From positions 151,404,001 through 151,468,000 of the forward strand of contig NC_042998.1 in the NCBI RefSeq assembly GCF_006345805.1: a DNA stretch of 64,000 bases. The letters are read 5' to 3'. Every line of letters begins with the position of its first letter. Within the stretch, counting starts at the first letter, position 1. This DNA is from Octopus sinensis (taxonomy: Eukaryota). A program made the position numbers and the translations under genes. Below the pieces are notes generated by a model, which was not told where the DNA came from, did no database searches, and worked only from the letters and a program-made list of their open reading frames with translations. This document shows positions 1-13,091 of the stretch, piece after piece.

Positions 1-97
1 TTAATATAGAAGTATAGATTAGTAGATTAATTTTTTAGATTTAACTTAATATTTACCTCTATTTTGTATTGTAGTATGATTATAGACTTTTATATAT

Positions 98-165
98 CTA
101 TTTATTTATAATATATGTGGATATGTGGTGTTTGTATATATGTGTATTTGATGATGTGTGTGTAT

Positions 166-207
<42 letters not shown>

Positions 208-470
208 CATTATTTATTTGTATGTGTGTGGGTGTGTATATATTGGTGTAAGTGTATATATTGAGTATTGTATGTATGTACATGTATGTATGAGTGTGCA
301 TATGTGTATGGGTGTAAGTGTGTGTATATATGTGTGTATATATGTATATGAATGTATGTGAGTATGTATGTATATGTGTATGTATATGTATGTATATGTG
401 TATATGTGTATATATGTATATATATGTGTATATGTATGGATATTTTCTTATATAGTTATGTATACGTATG
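98..470. repeat. (TA)n/(TG)n/(TATG)n compound microsatellite
   Basis: Simple repeats visible directly; the Y/I/V/C-rich ORFs are their translation. Confidence 0.95.
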
Positions 471-962
471 TATAGTTATACTACAAATTTTGATTAGTAT
501 ATATAGATTTGTTATGATCACTAATTTTAGCTTATAATTATAAGGGTATGGGAAAAAATATATAATATGTAGTGGGGTTACTATATAAATTAATGTTTAT
601 GTATTTATTAATCTTATTAGATTTTTAGAATATATTTAATAATAAGTGGTTTTTAATCATTTAATTTATTTTGTATTAAAGTTTCATTTATCATAGTTAT
701 TTTATTAATAAATATTATAGTATAGATAGATTTTATTCTTTATTTGTGAATTCATTCTTTTTACAATGATAAACATATAATTTTCCATTCATAATCTTTA
801 ATAAACGTAGGTTCTTCACGCGTAATGAATTCTTTAACAATTTATTCTTTTTTTTTTTGCCATAACGTAATTCCATGAGTATTCTTATAAACGCTGTATA
901 AGACGTTTTTTGATTCAAAACTTTAGTTCATTGTTTAAACATCGCCAAGACAAATATTTAAA

Positions 963-1029
963 CCACCTGATGAATGACTGCGACTCAAAAATTTGAAGAA
1001 GTTAGCAGGCATGAAACGATCGTAGTGTG
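963..1029 (+). ncRNA. Type I hammerhead ribozyme motif
   Basis: CCAC-CTGATGA (967-973), bulged stem II ATG/CTGC..GCAG/CAT, GAA, palindromic stem III ACGATCGT, then A (GUA site) and GTG; stem I only about 3 bp. Confidence 0.65.
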
Positions 1030-1149
1030 AAATTAATTATATTTTTTAAATAATTTTGTTATATATTTAAATAATATAAATTAATCTTATGTATTGGGTA
1101 AGTTTTTCATTGTTTGATTTGCCTAATAGTGGTATTGTCTCTAATTTAA

Positions 1150-1390
<241 letters not shown>

Positions 1391-1393
1391 GAT

Positions 1394-1735
1394 GGAGGCG
1401 CAATAGCCCAGTGGTGAGTAGCGGACTCGCGGTTGTAAGATTGCGGTTTCGATTCCCAGACCGGGCGTTGTGAGTTTTTATTGAGCGAAAACACCTAAAG
1501 CTCCACGAGGCTCCGGCAGTGGGGTGGAGATCCTTGTACGTATGTATTTATTTGTGTGTCAGTGTTTATCCCCCTGCCAAAGCTTGACAGCCGATGCTGG
1601 TGTGTTTACGTCAGCAAAAGAGACAGATAGAATAAGTGCTAGGCTTACATAGTATAAGCCCTGGAGTCGATTTGTTCGACTAAATGCGGTACTCCAGCAT
1701 GGTCGCAGCCAAATGACCGATAGAAGTAAAAGAAT
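1394..1735 (+). mobile_element. Chimeric tRNA-derived SINE (different head joined to family-A 3' half)
   Basis: Head GGAGGCGCAATAGCCCAGTGG...GGTTTCGATTCCCAG (A/B-box-like); 3' half matches the reverse complement of 1746-1960. Confidence 0.8.
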
Positions 1736-1745
1736 ATATATACAT

Positions 1746-2151
1746 CTCTTTTATTCTTTTACTTGTTTCAGCCATTTGACTGCGGCCATACTGGAGCAAA
1801 ACGTTTAGGGCTTTTTTTAGTCGAAGAAATCGACCCCAGGACTTATTCTTTGTAAGCCTGGTACTTATTCTATCGGTGTCTTTTGCTGAACCGCTAGTTT
1901 ACGGGGACATAAACATACCAACATCAGTTGTCTAGCGATTGTAGGGAACAGACAGACACAAAGTTACACACATCTATATATATTTATATATGTGATGAGC
2001 TTTTTTCAGTAACCGTCTCACATATACACTCTCAAGACTTTGGTCGATCCAAGGCTATATTAGAAGACACTTCTCGAAGGTGCCACGTAGTGGGACTGAA
2101 CCCGGAACCATGTGGTTGGGAAGCAAGCTTCATACAACACAGCCACACTGC
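1746..2151 (-). mobile_element. tRNA-derived SINE, family A
   Basis: Matches copies at 6305-6708, 28188-28351 and 45900-46046; minus-strand head ...GGTTCCGGGTTCAGTCCCAC (B-box-like). Confidence 0.9.
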
Positions 2152-2189
2152 ACACACACACATAGACGAGCACATATATCTATATATAC

Positions 2190-2266
<77 letters not shown>

Positions 2267-2382
2267 TGTATGTATGTATGATGTATGTATGTATGTGTTG
2301 TGTGTGTGTATCCGTGAGTGTGCAAACGTACATACATATACATATACGTGTATGTGTATGTTTATACACGTGTGTGTATATC

Positions 2383-2424
<42 letters not shown>

Positions 2425-2453
2425 ATATGTATATTATATATATATATAATATA

Positions 2454-2485
<32 letters not shown>

Positions 2486-2491
2486 AGTATG

Positions 2492-2525
<34 letters not shown>

Positions 2526-3362
2526 TATGCATACATACTACATACATACATAAATTCATACATACATACATAACTTTATACATACATATATACATACATA
2601 AAAGTAAATTTAGGGTTAAGCAAGTTAGACAGATCAATATATAAAGTATATTAAATACATGAAATACAAAAAATGTATATATGTTTACATACAAAAATGT
2701 CCGACTTACACAGAATACAAATGATATAGAGAATTATAGAAGTTGAAGAAAAGTATTACAAATCCAATTGCTGTTTCTTGGGGCTCGGTGGTCCAAAATA
2801 ATGTTTGTAGATTAATTCCATTGTAGGATAATACGAGCCTCCGTCTTCAGGGAAGAGGACTTACATTTGGGTTGTTAAAGGAAAGAAGTTCAAAGATGGA
2901 ATGGTTTTGTGTAGAGCTATGTGTTTTAGAGGGGGGGGGGATTGAAGAAGTATTCCGATTGGGAATAGTGAGAGGAGAAAGTAAATTTCAAGAGTGAGGG
3001 GTTATAAGGAGCGCTACCTTATAACATTTCGCCATTTTTGTGGCTTATCAACATTACGTGTCTGAACCCTTGAATTTAATTGGAGGCGAAATGAACCGCC
3101 TGTCTGACTCTATACACATAGTATAAAAATAAACCACTTGCTGGTATAATTACGTAAGCATAAATTCAAACATGAATTAGAAACAGTACTAGTGTTGTAA
3201 ACATTACAGAACACGCATACTCAATGAATACTTATAGTTTGTTCACCGGTAGGCTGCAAAATGGCGCGATGGGGATGCTCCATCACAGATTTTTTTTTTT
3301 TTACACTATTTGTAAATAGCTATGGACTGATGATGCAGTTCGCCCCCAATTTGTTCAGATAC

Positions 3363-3409
3363 GTGGTACTGATAAGCTACGAAAATAGCGAAACATCGAT
3401 GTCCATCGC
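3363..3409 (+). ncRNA. Degenerate hammerhead motif (G8A), with a second CTGATGA 42 nt upstream
   Basis: CTGATAA-GCTA cgaaaa TAGC-GAA-ACATCGATGT-C; stem I has a first-pair mismatch; extra core at 3327-3333. Confidence 0.5.
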
Positions 3410-3755
3410 TCCTGAATGGGATTCAGTGTGAGTTGTCTCGCCTATCTATGACTTTCAGTTGTTTTAACAGCTGGCGCTTTGGGGAAGTCCTCTTCACCGT
3501 GCTAGTTTCACTTCTAGCGTTCTACCCTTTCTAGACTCCATTTATGCGGATACTATAACAACGATTTGGAGTAATTTGTTATATTTGAGTCGAGTCGGAA
3601 ACCCTGGTACTATGAACTGTTTCTTAGCATAATACAGATTCTATTTATGCTCACACACACACACACACGAACGCATGCACGCGCACACACGAACGCATGC
3701 ACGCATACATAAATACATACACACACTCACACACACATACACACATATATATATA

Positions 3756-4775
3756 GTGTACATTTAAACACAAAAGAGGTTTCCATCATAGGACTACCTG
3801 CACGCTAGAGAGGACATTTAAATTCCAAACCACTACTAGGGATAACATTTCCAATGGAATGAAAAATAAAAAATTTTATCATCTAACTCGTGGGCCAATG
3901 GTTTCAGACTTCTTTAGCAAATAAAATAATTTGCTAAGCGAAGCCTTCATCAGCAGGTATACCTTTGATTAAATATATATACACGAGGCAATCCAGTATA
4001 TGCCCTGTGCTTATACATTCTAATTTTTCAAATCTACCGCGCAAGCGCAGCTCCCTGTCGGCAGTAAATAAATATGCCGGCTTTTTCATTTCGAAAATCA
4101 TCCAAAGAAAAAATTTATCAATAATTAATAATATGAAAGGGTAATCTGAAATATTAGAAATTTCCATTACCAGTGGCCTAGTATGTAAAAAAAATTAGTC
4201 AATAGACTATATATTCTTCATATAAATGCAGTGTACATTTAAACACAAAAGAGATATCCATCATAGGAATACCTTCCCCTCTAGAGAGGACAGTTAAATT
4301 CCAAACCACTACTAGGGATAAAATGTCGAATGGAATGAAAGATAAAAACATTTACAATCTAACTATTTTTCATTCCATTCGCAGTAGATTTGGAAAATTA
4401 TTAGAATGTATAAGCACAGGGCATTTACTGGATTACCTCGTGTATATATATTTAATCAAAGGTGTACCTGCTGAAGAAGGCTTCGCCTACAAAATTATTT
4501 TATTTACTAAAAAAATCTGAAACCATTGGTCTACGAGTTAGATGGTAAATGTTTATATTTTCATTCCATTGGAAATTTTATCCTTAGTAGTAGTTTGGTA
4601 TTTAACAGGCCTCTCTAGCGTGCAGGTAGTCCTATGATGGATACCACTTTTGTGTACACTATATATGTACACTATATACATATGAATAATATATAGTCTA
4701 TTGACTAAATTTTTTACACGCTAGGCCACTTGTAATGGAAATTTCTAATATTTCAGGTTACCCTTTGATATTATT
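3756..4775. mobile_element. HHR-bearing non-autonomous repeat (long stem II family), about 1.3 tandem monomers plus one inverted monomer
   Basis: GTGTACATTTAAACACAAAAGAG recurs at 3756 and 4231 (period 475); about 4376-4775 is the reverse complement; HHRs at about 3891-3957(-) and 4467-4535(+); TA-rich flanks. Confidence 0.85.
4467..4535 (+). ncRNA. Hammerhead motif, extended stem II, damaged stem I
   Basis: CCTG-CTGAAGA...GAA-ACCATTGGT-C (GUC site). Confidence 0.65.
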
Positions 4776-4872
4776 TTATACATACATACATACATCCATA
4801 CATCATACATACATACATACATACATACATACATACATAATACATACGTACATACATACGTACATACATACG

Positions 4873-4951
<79 letters not shown>

Positions 4952-5049
4952 TATATATATTATGGAGATTGGATATATATATATAGGGATATTGTTTTCC
5001 AAAATGGAGGCTGAAATATTGTTAAGATACTTGGATATTTTACTACGAT

Positions 5050-5153
5050 TCTTAACATGAAACCAACGGTAGCCTTAATTCACAAATAAAGAAATTATCT
5101 ATCCACCAATTATCTATCCACTCATTCCAACATCCTACATCTACGTATAAATT

Positions 5154-5190
<37 letters not shown>

Positions 5191-6200
5191 TGTGCGCGCG
5201 TATGTGTGTATGTATGCGCGTATGTATGTAAGCATATATATGAAACATATATCCTGATACGCACACGAATGCACACACCTAACACTCACAACCCCACGGA
5301 TACACGTATATACACCCACATACGCACACACACACATACACACGCACACATACACGCACACACAACTACACGCACGTACGACACGCATGCACATACACAC
5401 ATACACACACACACAAATGAACCCACACATACATCCCATACACACAGCACACACTCATACATACACGCACACAATTATACATACATGTATACACACATAC
5501 GCACATACAAGCACACACGCACACATACACAAAGTAAAGCACAGTTATTCGCCACACACACAAACTTTACGCATACACGCACGAACACACACATACATAC
5601 ACACACACACACTACAAAGAAAACACACACACAATACATATACATACATGCACACACACACATACTTCAAACTACCAGTACCTTTCACTGACCCTTCTTC
5701 CACATGAGTAGATAGACACAAGAGCCACTCCTAATTCCTTCTTCCTTGACCTTAAACAATACTAATCCCTACCGCAACATAGATTAACAGCTACAACCAC
5801 ACACACACACATACACACACACACACGTGTTATCAGTGCACACATACACACATACACACACACGCACACGCAAACCTGCGCGCACGCACACATATACACT
5901 TACACACACATACCTCCTCTTGCACTCTCCTGTCTTTGAAAGAACTTTTTCTTCACCCATTCCTTTCCGGTCATTCAAAATGTGCCCGCGTGTGTACCGT
6001 TGGCGATTTTTTTCCCTCCGTCTTCCCTTCTTTGGATCTTTCCTGTTCCTATGTTTCTGACGAAGAGCTCCGCTCGAAACGTTAAACCCTACTTCTTTCC
6101 TTCTTTCCTGAGCGTCCAATAATACTATACTTGTTCCACGTCCTCGCGTTGTTGTGTTTTCTCTTTGTGTTTCATGTTTGGATTAACTTTATATATATAT
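5050..6200 (+). mobile_element. PLE-derived (CA)n-rich non-autonomous element with 3' HHR
   Basis: 3' end (HHR...CTGAGCG..TAATAC...GTTCCACGT...GGATTAAC then (TA)n) is shared with both arms of 30880-34450. Confidence 0.7.
6053..6087 (+). ncRNA. Minimal type I hammerhead ribozyme, intact core
   Basis: GTTT-CTGACGA-A-GAGC tcc GCTC-GAAAC-GTT-AAAC: 4-bp stem I, 4-bp stem II, ACGT palindromic stem III, GUU site. Confidence 0.85.
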
Positions 6201-6304
6201 ATATATACATATAGTAGTAGTAACAGAAAAGAGGAATTTCGATTATCCCCACGTGGTGGGTTGTAATGTATATAAGAAATTTAAAAAGGAAAATACGCAC
6301 ACTT

Positions 6305-6708
6305 CTCTCTCTTTTTCTCTTTTACTTGTTTCAGACTGCGGCCATGCTGGAGCACCGCCCTCAATCGAGCAACTCGACCCCAGGACTTATTCTTTTGTAA
6401 GCCCAGTACTTATTCTATCGGTCTCTTTTGCTGAACCGCTAAGTAACGGGGACATAAACACACCAGCATCGGTTGTCAAGCAATGCTAGGGGGACAAACA
6501 CAGACACACAAACACTCACGCATATATATATATGTACATATATACGACAGGCTTCTTTCAGTTTTCGTCTACCAAATCCACTCACAAGGCTTTGGTCGGT
6601 CCGAGGCTATAGTAGAAGACGCTTGCCCAAGGTGCAACGCAGTGGTACTGAACCCGGAGCCACGTGGTTGGTAAACAAGCTACTTACCACACAGCCACTC
6701 CTGCGCCT
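6305..6708 (-). mobile_element. Full-length SINE family A inserted in the PLE pseudo-LTR
   Basis: Splits ...AATACGCACACTT|ACATGGTTTTAAT, which is contiguous in the inverted copy near 9400. Confidence 0.92.
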
Positions 6709-7101
6709 ACTTACATGGTTTTAATATAATTTTTAATATATCCATCGGTTTCGCTATCGCTATTCATGATATTATGTTTTATTTATTTGAATATATATTT
6801 TTTGTTAAGAAGAAATTTGGTCCATGTTGTGTGTGATGAAATTCACGAGTGAATGACTTCACAAGTAGACACATAAAGGGAAGTAATTGGTTGTTATTAT
6901 TGTTATTGTTGTGTGTAACGGAGATAACAGTTCAGCTTTCGGTAATGGGTGGGGATTAAATATGTGTGCAGAAAAGAGACAGGTTTTAAAAAACCTTGTT
7001 TAGTAGGGGATTTATTTATGTACAGTGATGTAATCGTGAATGGGATATGCAAAAATATAAAAGTTGGTTATGCGTCCATATTAAGTAGTGTTTTGTATTT
7101 T

Positions 7102-7623
7102 TCAATGAAAAAAGTTTTTTTTATTTAAATGTTCTAGTTGAGAGATTGCCTCTTTGCACTGGTAGAAAGGGAAGACTATGAAATTTGGTTTGATGTTACC
7201 TGCACATTTTTCTATGTGTTCACTGTGAGGAATTTGTCTGTATTGCGGGAAACGGATTTGCTCCTTATGTAGAGTGATTCTCTTTCTCAAAGTCATACTC
7301 GTTTGTCCAATGTACTGATGACCGCAACCCGAGCAGGTTATTACATAAATTAGGTTCTCAGAGGCACAGGTGAAACTAGTTTTAATTGTGAACCTCTGTC
7401 CTTGTTTGAAAAGGAAATCCGAGCCTTCAAGCAGGTTGGGGCAAGTTCTACAGTTCGGGTGTCCACATTTTTCAACCGTTGGTTTCGTGGTTGTTTTGTA
7501 AAGCTTCACATTTGTTACTTGTCTCTTTAGCGATTTGTCTTGTTTTTTGCATTTGATGAATTTGTGTGTTTTCAGGATGTCGTTCATTTTTGGATCTCTA
7601 GTTAGTAAAGGGAGAGTTTGCAC
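7102..7623 (-). pseudogene. PLE GIY-YIG endonuclease with Cys-rich linker
   Basis: CGHPNCRTC...FTCASENLIYVITCSGCGHQYIGQTSMTLRKRITLHK. Confidence 0.9.
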
Positions 7624-7906
7624 AATAGTGTTGAATGCCTCACTGTTTCCGGGGTTGTGTGTTGATATAAAAAGTAATGTTTTGGTTGAGGTGTGGTGCT
7701 ATGTTTTTTTGTTCTTAGTGTTTTTGTGTCTAACTGTTGGCACGTTTTCTCCTCGTCGATAAGAGAGGGTGGATATTGTCTTTCAATAGTGTTGTTTTGA
7801 GGTCTTGAAGACGAAGGTCCCGAGTTGTTCTCTCAGACACTATTGTGCAGATCCTTTTTGCTAAGTTAAAAGGGATGTTTATTTTTATTGTTTCGGGTGG
7901 CATGAG

Positions 7907-8458
7907 TTAAAAGAAGGTATTGTTTTGCGTCAGTTGGTTATAATAAATGTCAGTTATGATTTCATTGTTGACTTTTTCTATCATGATGTCTAAAAAAGGA
8001 AGTTGTTCTTTATTATATTCCATTGTGAACTGAATGTTACTATTTATGTCATTTAGTGTTGTTTTGAAATCCAAAAGTTTGTCGATGTTCTCCTTCCAGA
8101 TGATAAAGCAGTCATCCAGGTATCGCTTCCAATTTTCTCTTATGTAGAGGTAAAATGTGTAACCATATTTCTGAAGTGATACTTCATATACGGTGAATTC
8201 AAAATAACCCATTATTAGGTTCGCAAGAACAAGAGCTGCTTTTGTCCCCATCGCAATTCCGCATATCTGACGATAGTATATGTCATCAAATAGGAAATAA
8301 TTGTTCTGAAGTATAAATTTTAAGGATTCAATAATAAAAATCTGGTTTATGCGTTCCGGGAGGACTTCGGGGTACTTTTCCAACCAGAATTTAATTGCTT
8401 TTATTCCATAGTCATGGGGGATGTTGGTGTAAACATTGATAACATCGAGGGTAACCAA
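7907..8458 (-). pseudogene. PLE reverse transcriptase fragment
   Basis: LDVINVYTNIPH...YRQICGIAMG...RYLDD...LPFLD; separated from neighbouring segments by frameshifts and stops. Confidence 0.92.
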
Positions 8459-9460
8459 TATTGCCTCTTCATTAATTATTTTTGGTAGGTGTTCTAAGCA
8501 TGTCTAAATCATCCCTAATGAAGCTTTTGGTGTATTTCAGCAAGGGTTTCAGTAGGATGTCTAGAAAATTGCTTAGTCGGTGGGTTTCACAGGCCGGCCC
8601 AGCTACAAGTCTTCTGGCGTTTGGATATTTATATATTTGCCTGGTGATTGTTTGCAGGCTTCATTGATTATCTTCTTGTGTATTTTAGGGAGGCCATAAA
8701 AAAGACTGGGTTTACATTTGAAGTTCGTGATATAGTCTGCTTCTTTTTCTGTCAGGCCTTTTCCATGTAGAAGAATTAAGGATGCAAGATTTTTCATTGT
8801 TTTTTGTTGTTTATAGTTTATAACTTTTTCGTAGAAGGCCTCGTTTTCCAATATGGAAAGTACTAGTTTTTTATAGTGTTCTGTGTCCAGAACTACAGCA
8901 CTTCCTTTGTCAGCTTCTTTAATTGTCAGGTCTTTGTCGTTTTTTAGTTCAATCAGATTTTTCCATTCTAGATTGTTGAGGTTAGGATTAATTTTTCGTT
9001 TAATGGATGTGTAGGGGAAATTTTGGATATGGTTGCAGAAGTCATCCAGTGTTTTATTCCTACCCTTATGTGGAAGGTAATTACTTCTGTTTTTGACGAG
9101 TGATTCATCTTCGTTGTCGTAGTCTTACATCATTGTACATAAATCCCCTACTAAACAAGGATTTTTAAAACCTGTCTCTTTTCTGTACACATATTTAATC
9201 CCCACCCATTACCGAAAGCTGAACTGTTATCTCCGTTACACACAACAATAACAATAATCACAACCAATTACCTCCCTTTATGTGTCTACTTGTGAAGTCA
9301 TTCACTCGTGAACTTCATCACACACAACATGGACCAAATTTCTTCTTAACAAAAAATATATATTCAAATAGATAAAACATAATATCATGAATATTAAAAC
9401 CATGTAAGTGTGCGTATTTTCCTTTTTTAATTTCTTATATATATATATATATATATATAT

Positions 9461-10181
9461 TCAAACATATAGTGGATGGCCATAATAGGGCATCCGACTC
9501 ACCAGAAAGAGCAGTTAAACTCCAAACCACTAATAGTTGTAATTCTGTAATGGAAAGAGAAATAAAAACGTTTACCCTATCCTTTCTGGACTATGCATAG
9601 TTTCGGCAATTTTTAGTAAATAAAATAAATTTATTTACGACTGGCGTTGCACTCTTCAGCAGAAAGCCATGATTCGAGTCTATATGCTATAACTTTTCAA
9701 AATCCACCACTCTCGCGCGGTCTTCTCAGCAGTAAATATAAACTGCCGATTTAATTTCAAAATTAGCCAAAAAATCATTAATTAATAAATTTTAGGGTAG
9801 CAAAAAATTCTAGAAAAATTCTCCACAACTAGCGGTCAAGTGAGAAAGAAAAAATAGTCAATAGACTATGTAATATACATTCAAACATATAAGGGATGGC
9901 CATAAGAGGACATCCGACTCACTAGAAAGAGCAGTTAAACTCCAAACCACTAATAGTTGTAATTCTGAAATGGAAAGAGAAATAAAAACGTTTACCCTAT
10001 CCTTTCTGGACTATTAGTGGTTTGGAGTTTTACTGCTCTTTCTAGTGAGTCGGATGTCCTATTATGGCCACCCCTTATATGTTTGAATGTATATTACAAA
10101 GTCTATTGACTATTTTTTCTTTCTCACTTGACCGCTGGTAGTGGAGAATTTTTCTAGAAATTTTTGCTACCCTAAAATTTA

Positions 10182-10190
<9 letters not shown>
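9461..10190. mobile_element. HHR-bearing repeat (long stem II family), tandem plus inverted
   Basis: TCAAACATAT recurs at 9461 and 9881 (period 420); about 10010-10190 is inverted; (TA)n on both sides; shares AGTCAATAGACTAT and AAACCACTA with 3756-4775. Confidence 0.85.
9582..9666 (-). ncRNA. Type I hammerhead ribozyme, intact
   Basis: Minus strand: CTTTCTG-CTGAAGA-stem II with inner AT hairpin-GAA-ACTATGCATAGT-C-CAGAAAG; perfect 7-bp stem I, GUC site. Confidence 0.9.
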
Positions 10191-10263
<73 letters not shown>

Positions 10264-10539
10264 ATATGTATAAATGTATGTATATATAAATATATATATA
10301 TATATACACACACATAAGTATGTATATGAGACTACCACACATCTATCTATCTATATGTGTATGTGTGGGTGTATATTTATATGGATGTATGTACACGCAG
10401 ACACATACACACATACGCATATACATACATGTACATGTGCAAATATAATTATATATTAATATTTCATTGCAATCACTTATCACACCATGTTATTTTTAAT
10501 ATGTATACAGTTTTACTAGCAAACATATATATGCGTTAA

Positions 10540-11123
10540 TGGTGGTGGTGGTGGTGATGATGATGAAAATGACGACGATAACGACGACGATGACAATGAT
10601 GATGACGATGATCATGGTCATGATCATGATTGCGTCGATGACGATACAACCAACTGCTGAAATGAATGAAAAAAGGGAATAAAAGAAACCCAATAAAATT
10701 GATAATAAATACCACGACAATCGCAGTTTTCGCTACCGACACCAATACCGCCATTAACAATACTACTACTATCACCCAAACGATCACCTTCTTTTATTCG
10801 CCACCCAACACTACCACCACCACCACCACCACCACCACCACAACCACCACCACCACCACAACCACAAACAACAACAGCAATAACGACATCTGACTTCGCT
10901 ATTGTCGTCTCACCTAGTTTTGTGTTTTTTTCACTCTCTTACCCTTCCGATATTTTTTCAGTTACCACAAACAAAACAACCAGCACCACCAGTACCAGCA
11001 CCAGCACCAGCACCAGCACCACCACCATCACCACCACCACCATCACCACCACCACCACTACTACCACCAGCACCACCATCACCACCAACACCACCACCAC
11101 CACCACCACCGCCGCCGCCGCCG

Positions 11124-11154
<31 letters not shown>

Positions 11155-11300
11155 ACCACCACCACCACCACCACCACCGACACCATACAGTCACTATATC
11201 ACCATTCTCAACACAATTATCTACAACGAATATTAATGAGCACCATCACAACCGCCACAGCCACTACCACTTATCAGAACCAAATCAACTTCACCAAAAC
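10540..11300. repeat. Trinucleotide low-complexity tract (GAT, ACC, GCC)
   Basis: Poly-T/P/H/R ORFs are repeat translations. Confidence 0.9.
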
Positions 11301-11321
11301 AACAGTTGTTTCTCATTTCGA

Positions 11322-11730
11322 GATAAGGCTTACAATTAAGAAGGGAGGGGGCTTAGTCGAAACCATTGACCCCAGTGCTTGACTGGTACTTTATTTTATC
11401 GACCCACCAGATGGACAAAAGGCAAAGTTTAGATCGACTGCTTTGAAATTCAGAACGTAAATAATCGGAAGATTTACCGCAAAGCATTTTATCCGATAAC
11501 AATAATAACAAAAGTAATTCTTTCTACGATGGCACAAGACCTGACATTTTGGGAGAGGGGGCTTGTCTATTACATCAACCTCAGTACTCAACTTGTACTA
11601 ATTTCATTGACCCCGAAAAGGTAAAAAGCAAAGTAAACATAGGTGGGATTTGTACTTTCTGAGTTCAAATTAGGCTAAGCATTTTGTCCGGCGTACCAAC
11701 GATTCAACCAGCTCACCGCCGCCAACTCTG
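11322..11730 (-). mobile_element. Two adjacent diverged SINE family B copies
   Basis: ATTGACCCCAGT..ACTGGTACT..ATCGACCC..AAAGGCAAAGT motifs also seen at 21325, 23418, 26035 and 62138. Confidence 0.7.
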
Positions 11731-12475
11731 AGAATTCCCAGAATCAGTGCCATCGCCAGTTAAAAGTTTCTATGACTTCAATCTCCATTGGCACCAATAT
11801 AGCTGTATAACTAACGTCTGTAATCCAAGAACGTCTCCAACCTCAATATCAATCCTACCATTGAAAATACCACCATCACCACCATCTCCAACAGCAATAA
11901 CATCACTGCTATCGAGGTCACAACCAAGTCATCATCTTGACCTCTGCCAATTCCACCATCACAACTAGCTCCCACCAACACTACAGCTACACACCACCAC
12001 GGCCAATAATAATCGCCATCACTCTCGGCACCCAAAACATTAAAATTCTGAATCAACAAGGGAGAGCATCTAATTGGTCGCTCAAACTGCTGGTATTAGC
12101 AGTCGACTCTCCGCCAAATAACCGACTGCTACCATTATGTTATGGTGTCCTGAATTCCTTATACGTAGGGAAAGGCCGAGGTGGTCACGGATGGGGTATC
12201 TTTTATCATAGATAAGCGCAATTAAGGCTGATCTGGGACTAAATAACAACATATCGTAATATCCCTTTTATCATTGTTTTCCCCCTACCAATTTCCTCCT
12301 CCTCCACCACGACCACGACCACCGCTACCGCCGCCGCCACGACGACGAACGATCACCACCACCACCACCACCACCACTACAACTACCAACAGCAACAACA
12401 AAATTATCACCACCACTACTTCGACCATTGCACCATCGGAAATCTCTCTTCTATTGCAAAACCAACCCCTCTTCA

Positions 12476-12520
<45 letters not shown>

Positions 12521-13033
12521 AATATATACATATATATCCTTATGTAAAATAATATATAAATACATTTGCACACACGTAAACACACGCACACACGCACGCA
12601 CGCACACACACACACACACCACACACACATACATGAAGATCACTCGCCATCACACAACCTCCATAAGCAACGTGGATTCTTTTCCCTTTTACCGACAACA
12701 TATTTACCACCACCATCACCAACACAACCACCACCACCACCACCACCTTCTCTACTGGCTCTGCTGCTGGTGCTGTTTATAGCCTTGATGTGTATGTGGC
12801 GCCAGCTGGCGGCTTGTTGAAACATCAGTTGTAAGCCAACATTTGTTTGGTTGCCCGGATATTCCCAGTTGTGTTGTCGCCACCAATCAAAACAAGTCAC
12901 TGAAATCCCCACAGCTCACATTCACTTCCACTTCCACTGACTAAACCCTTGTTTCCCTTGCTTCGTGTATGTGTGTGAGTGTTTAGAATACATACATATA
13001 TAGTGCACATACATATGTATGTATATATATATA

Positions 13034-13091
<58 letters not shown>

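Larger units (their letters stand above)
6255..9420 (-). mobile_element. Decayed Penelope-like element (Neptune-type) with inverted pseudo-LTR
   Basis: Minus-strand IKEADKGSAVV motif (about 8890-8930), RT and Zn-finger/GIY-YIG fragments; about 9125-9420 is the reverse complement of about 6270-7035 (SINE insertion excluded). Confidence 0.92.

Noticed and set aside
1-740. C-poor, very AT-rich sequence suggesting a NUMT or hyper-edited retrocopy
   Set aside because: Explained by (TG)/(TA) repeats and AT-rich repeat bodies like 52900-53200; no mitochondrial gene motif seen.
2780-2860. CTGAAGA...GAAAC on the minus strand with a long stem II
   Set aside because: Stems I and III cannot be formed; at most a dead remnant.
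3934-4167. 77-aa ORF (also 4323-4520)
   Set aside because: Lies inside the HHR repeat monomer; the frame is not kept between copies and has no domain motif.
12745-12900. Possible minus-strand exon CFDWWRQHNWEYPGNQ...
   Set aside because: No convincing donor site and no recognisable homology.
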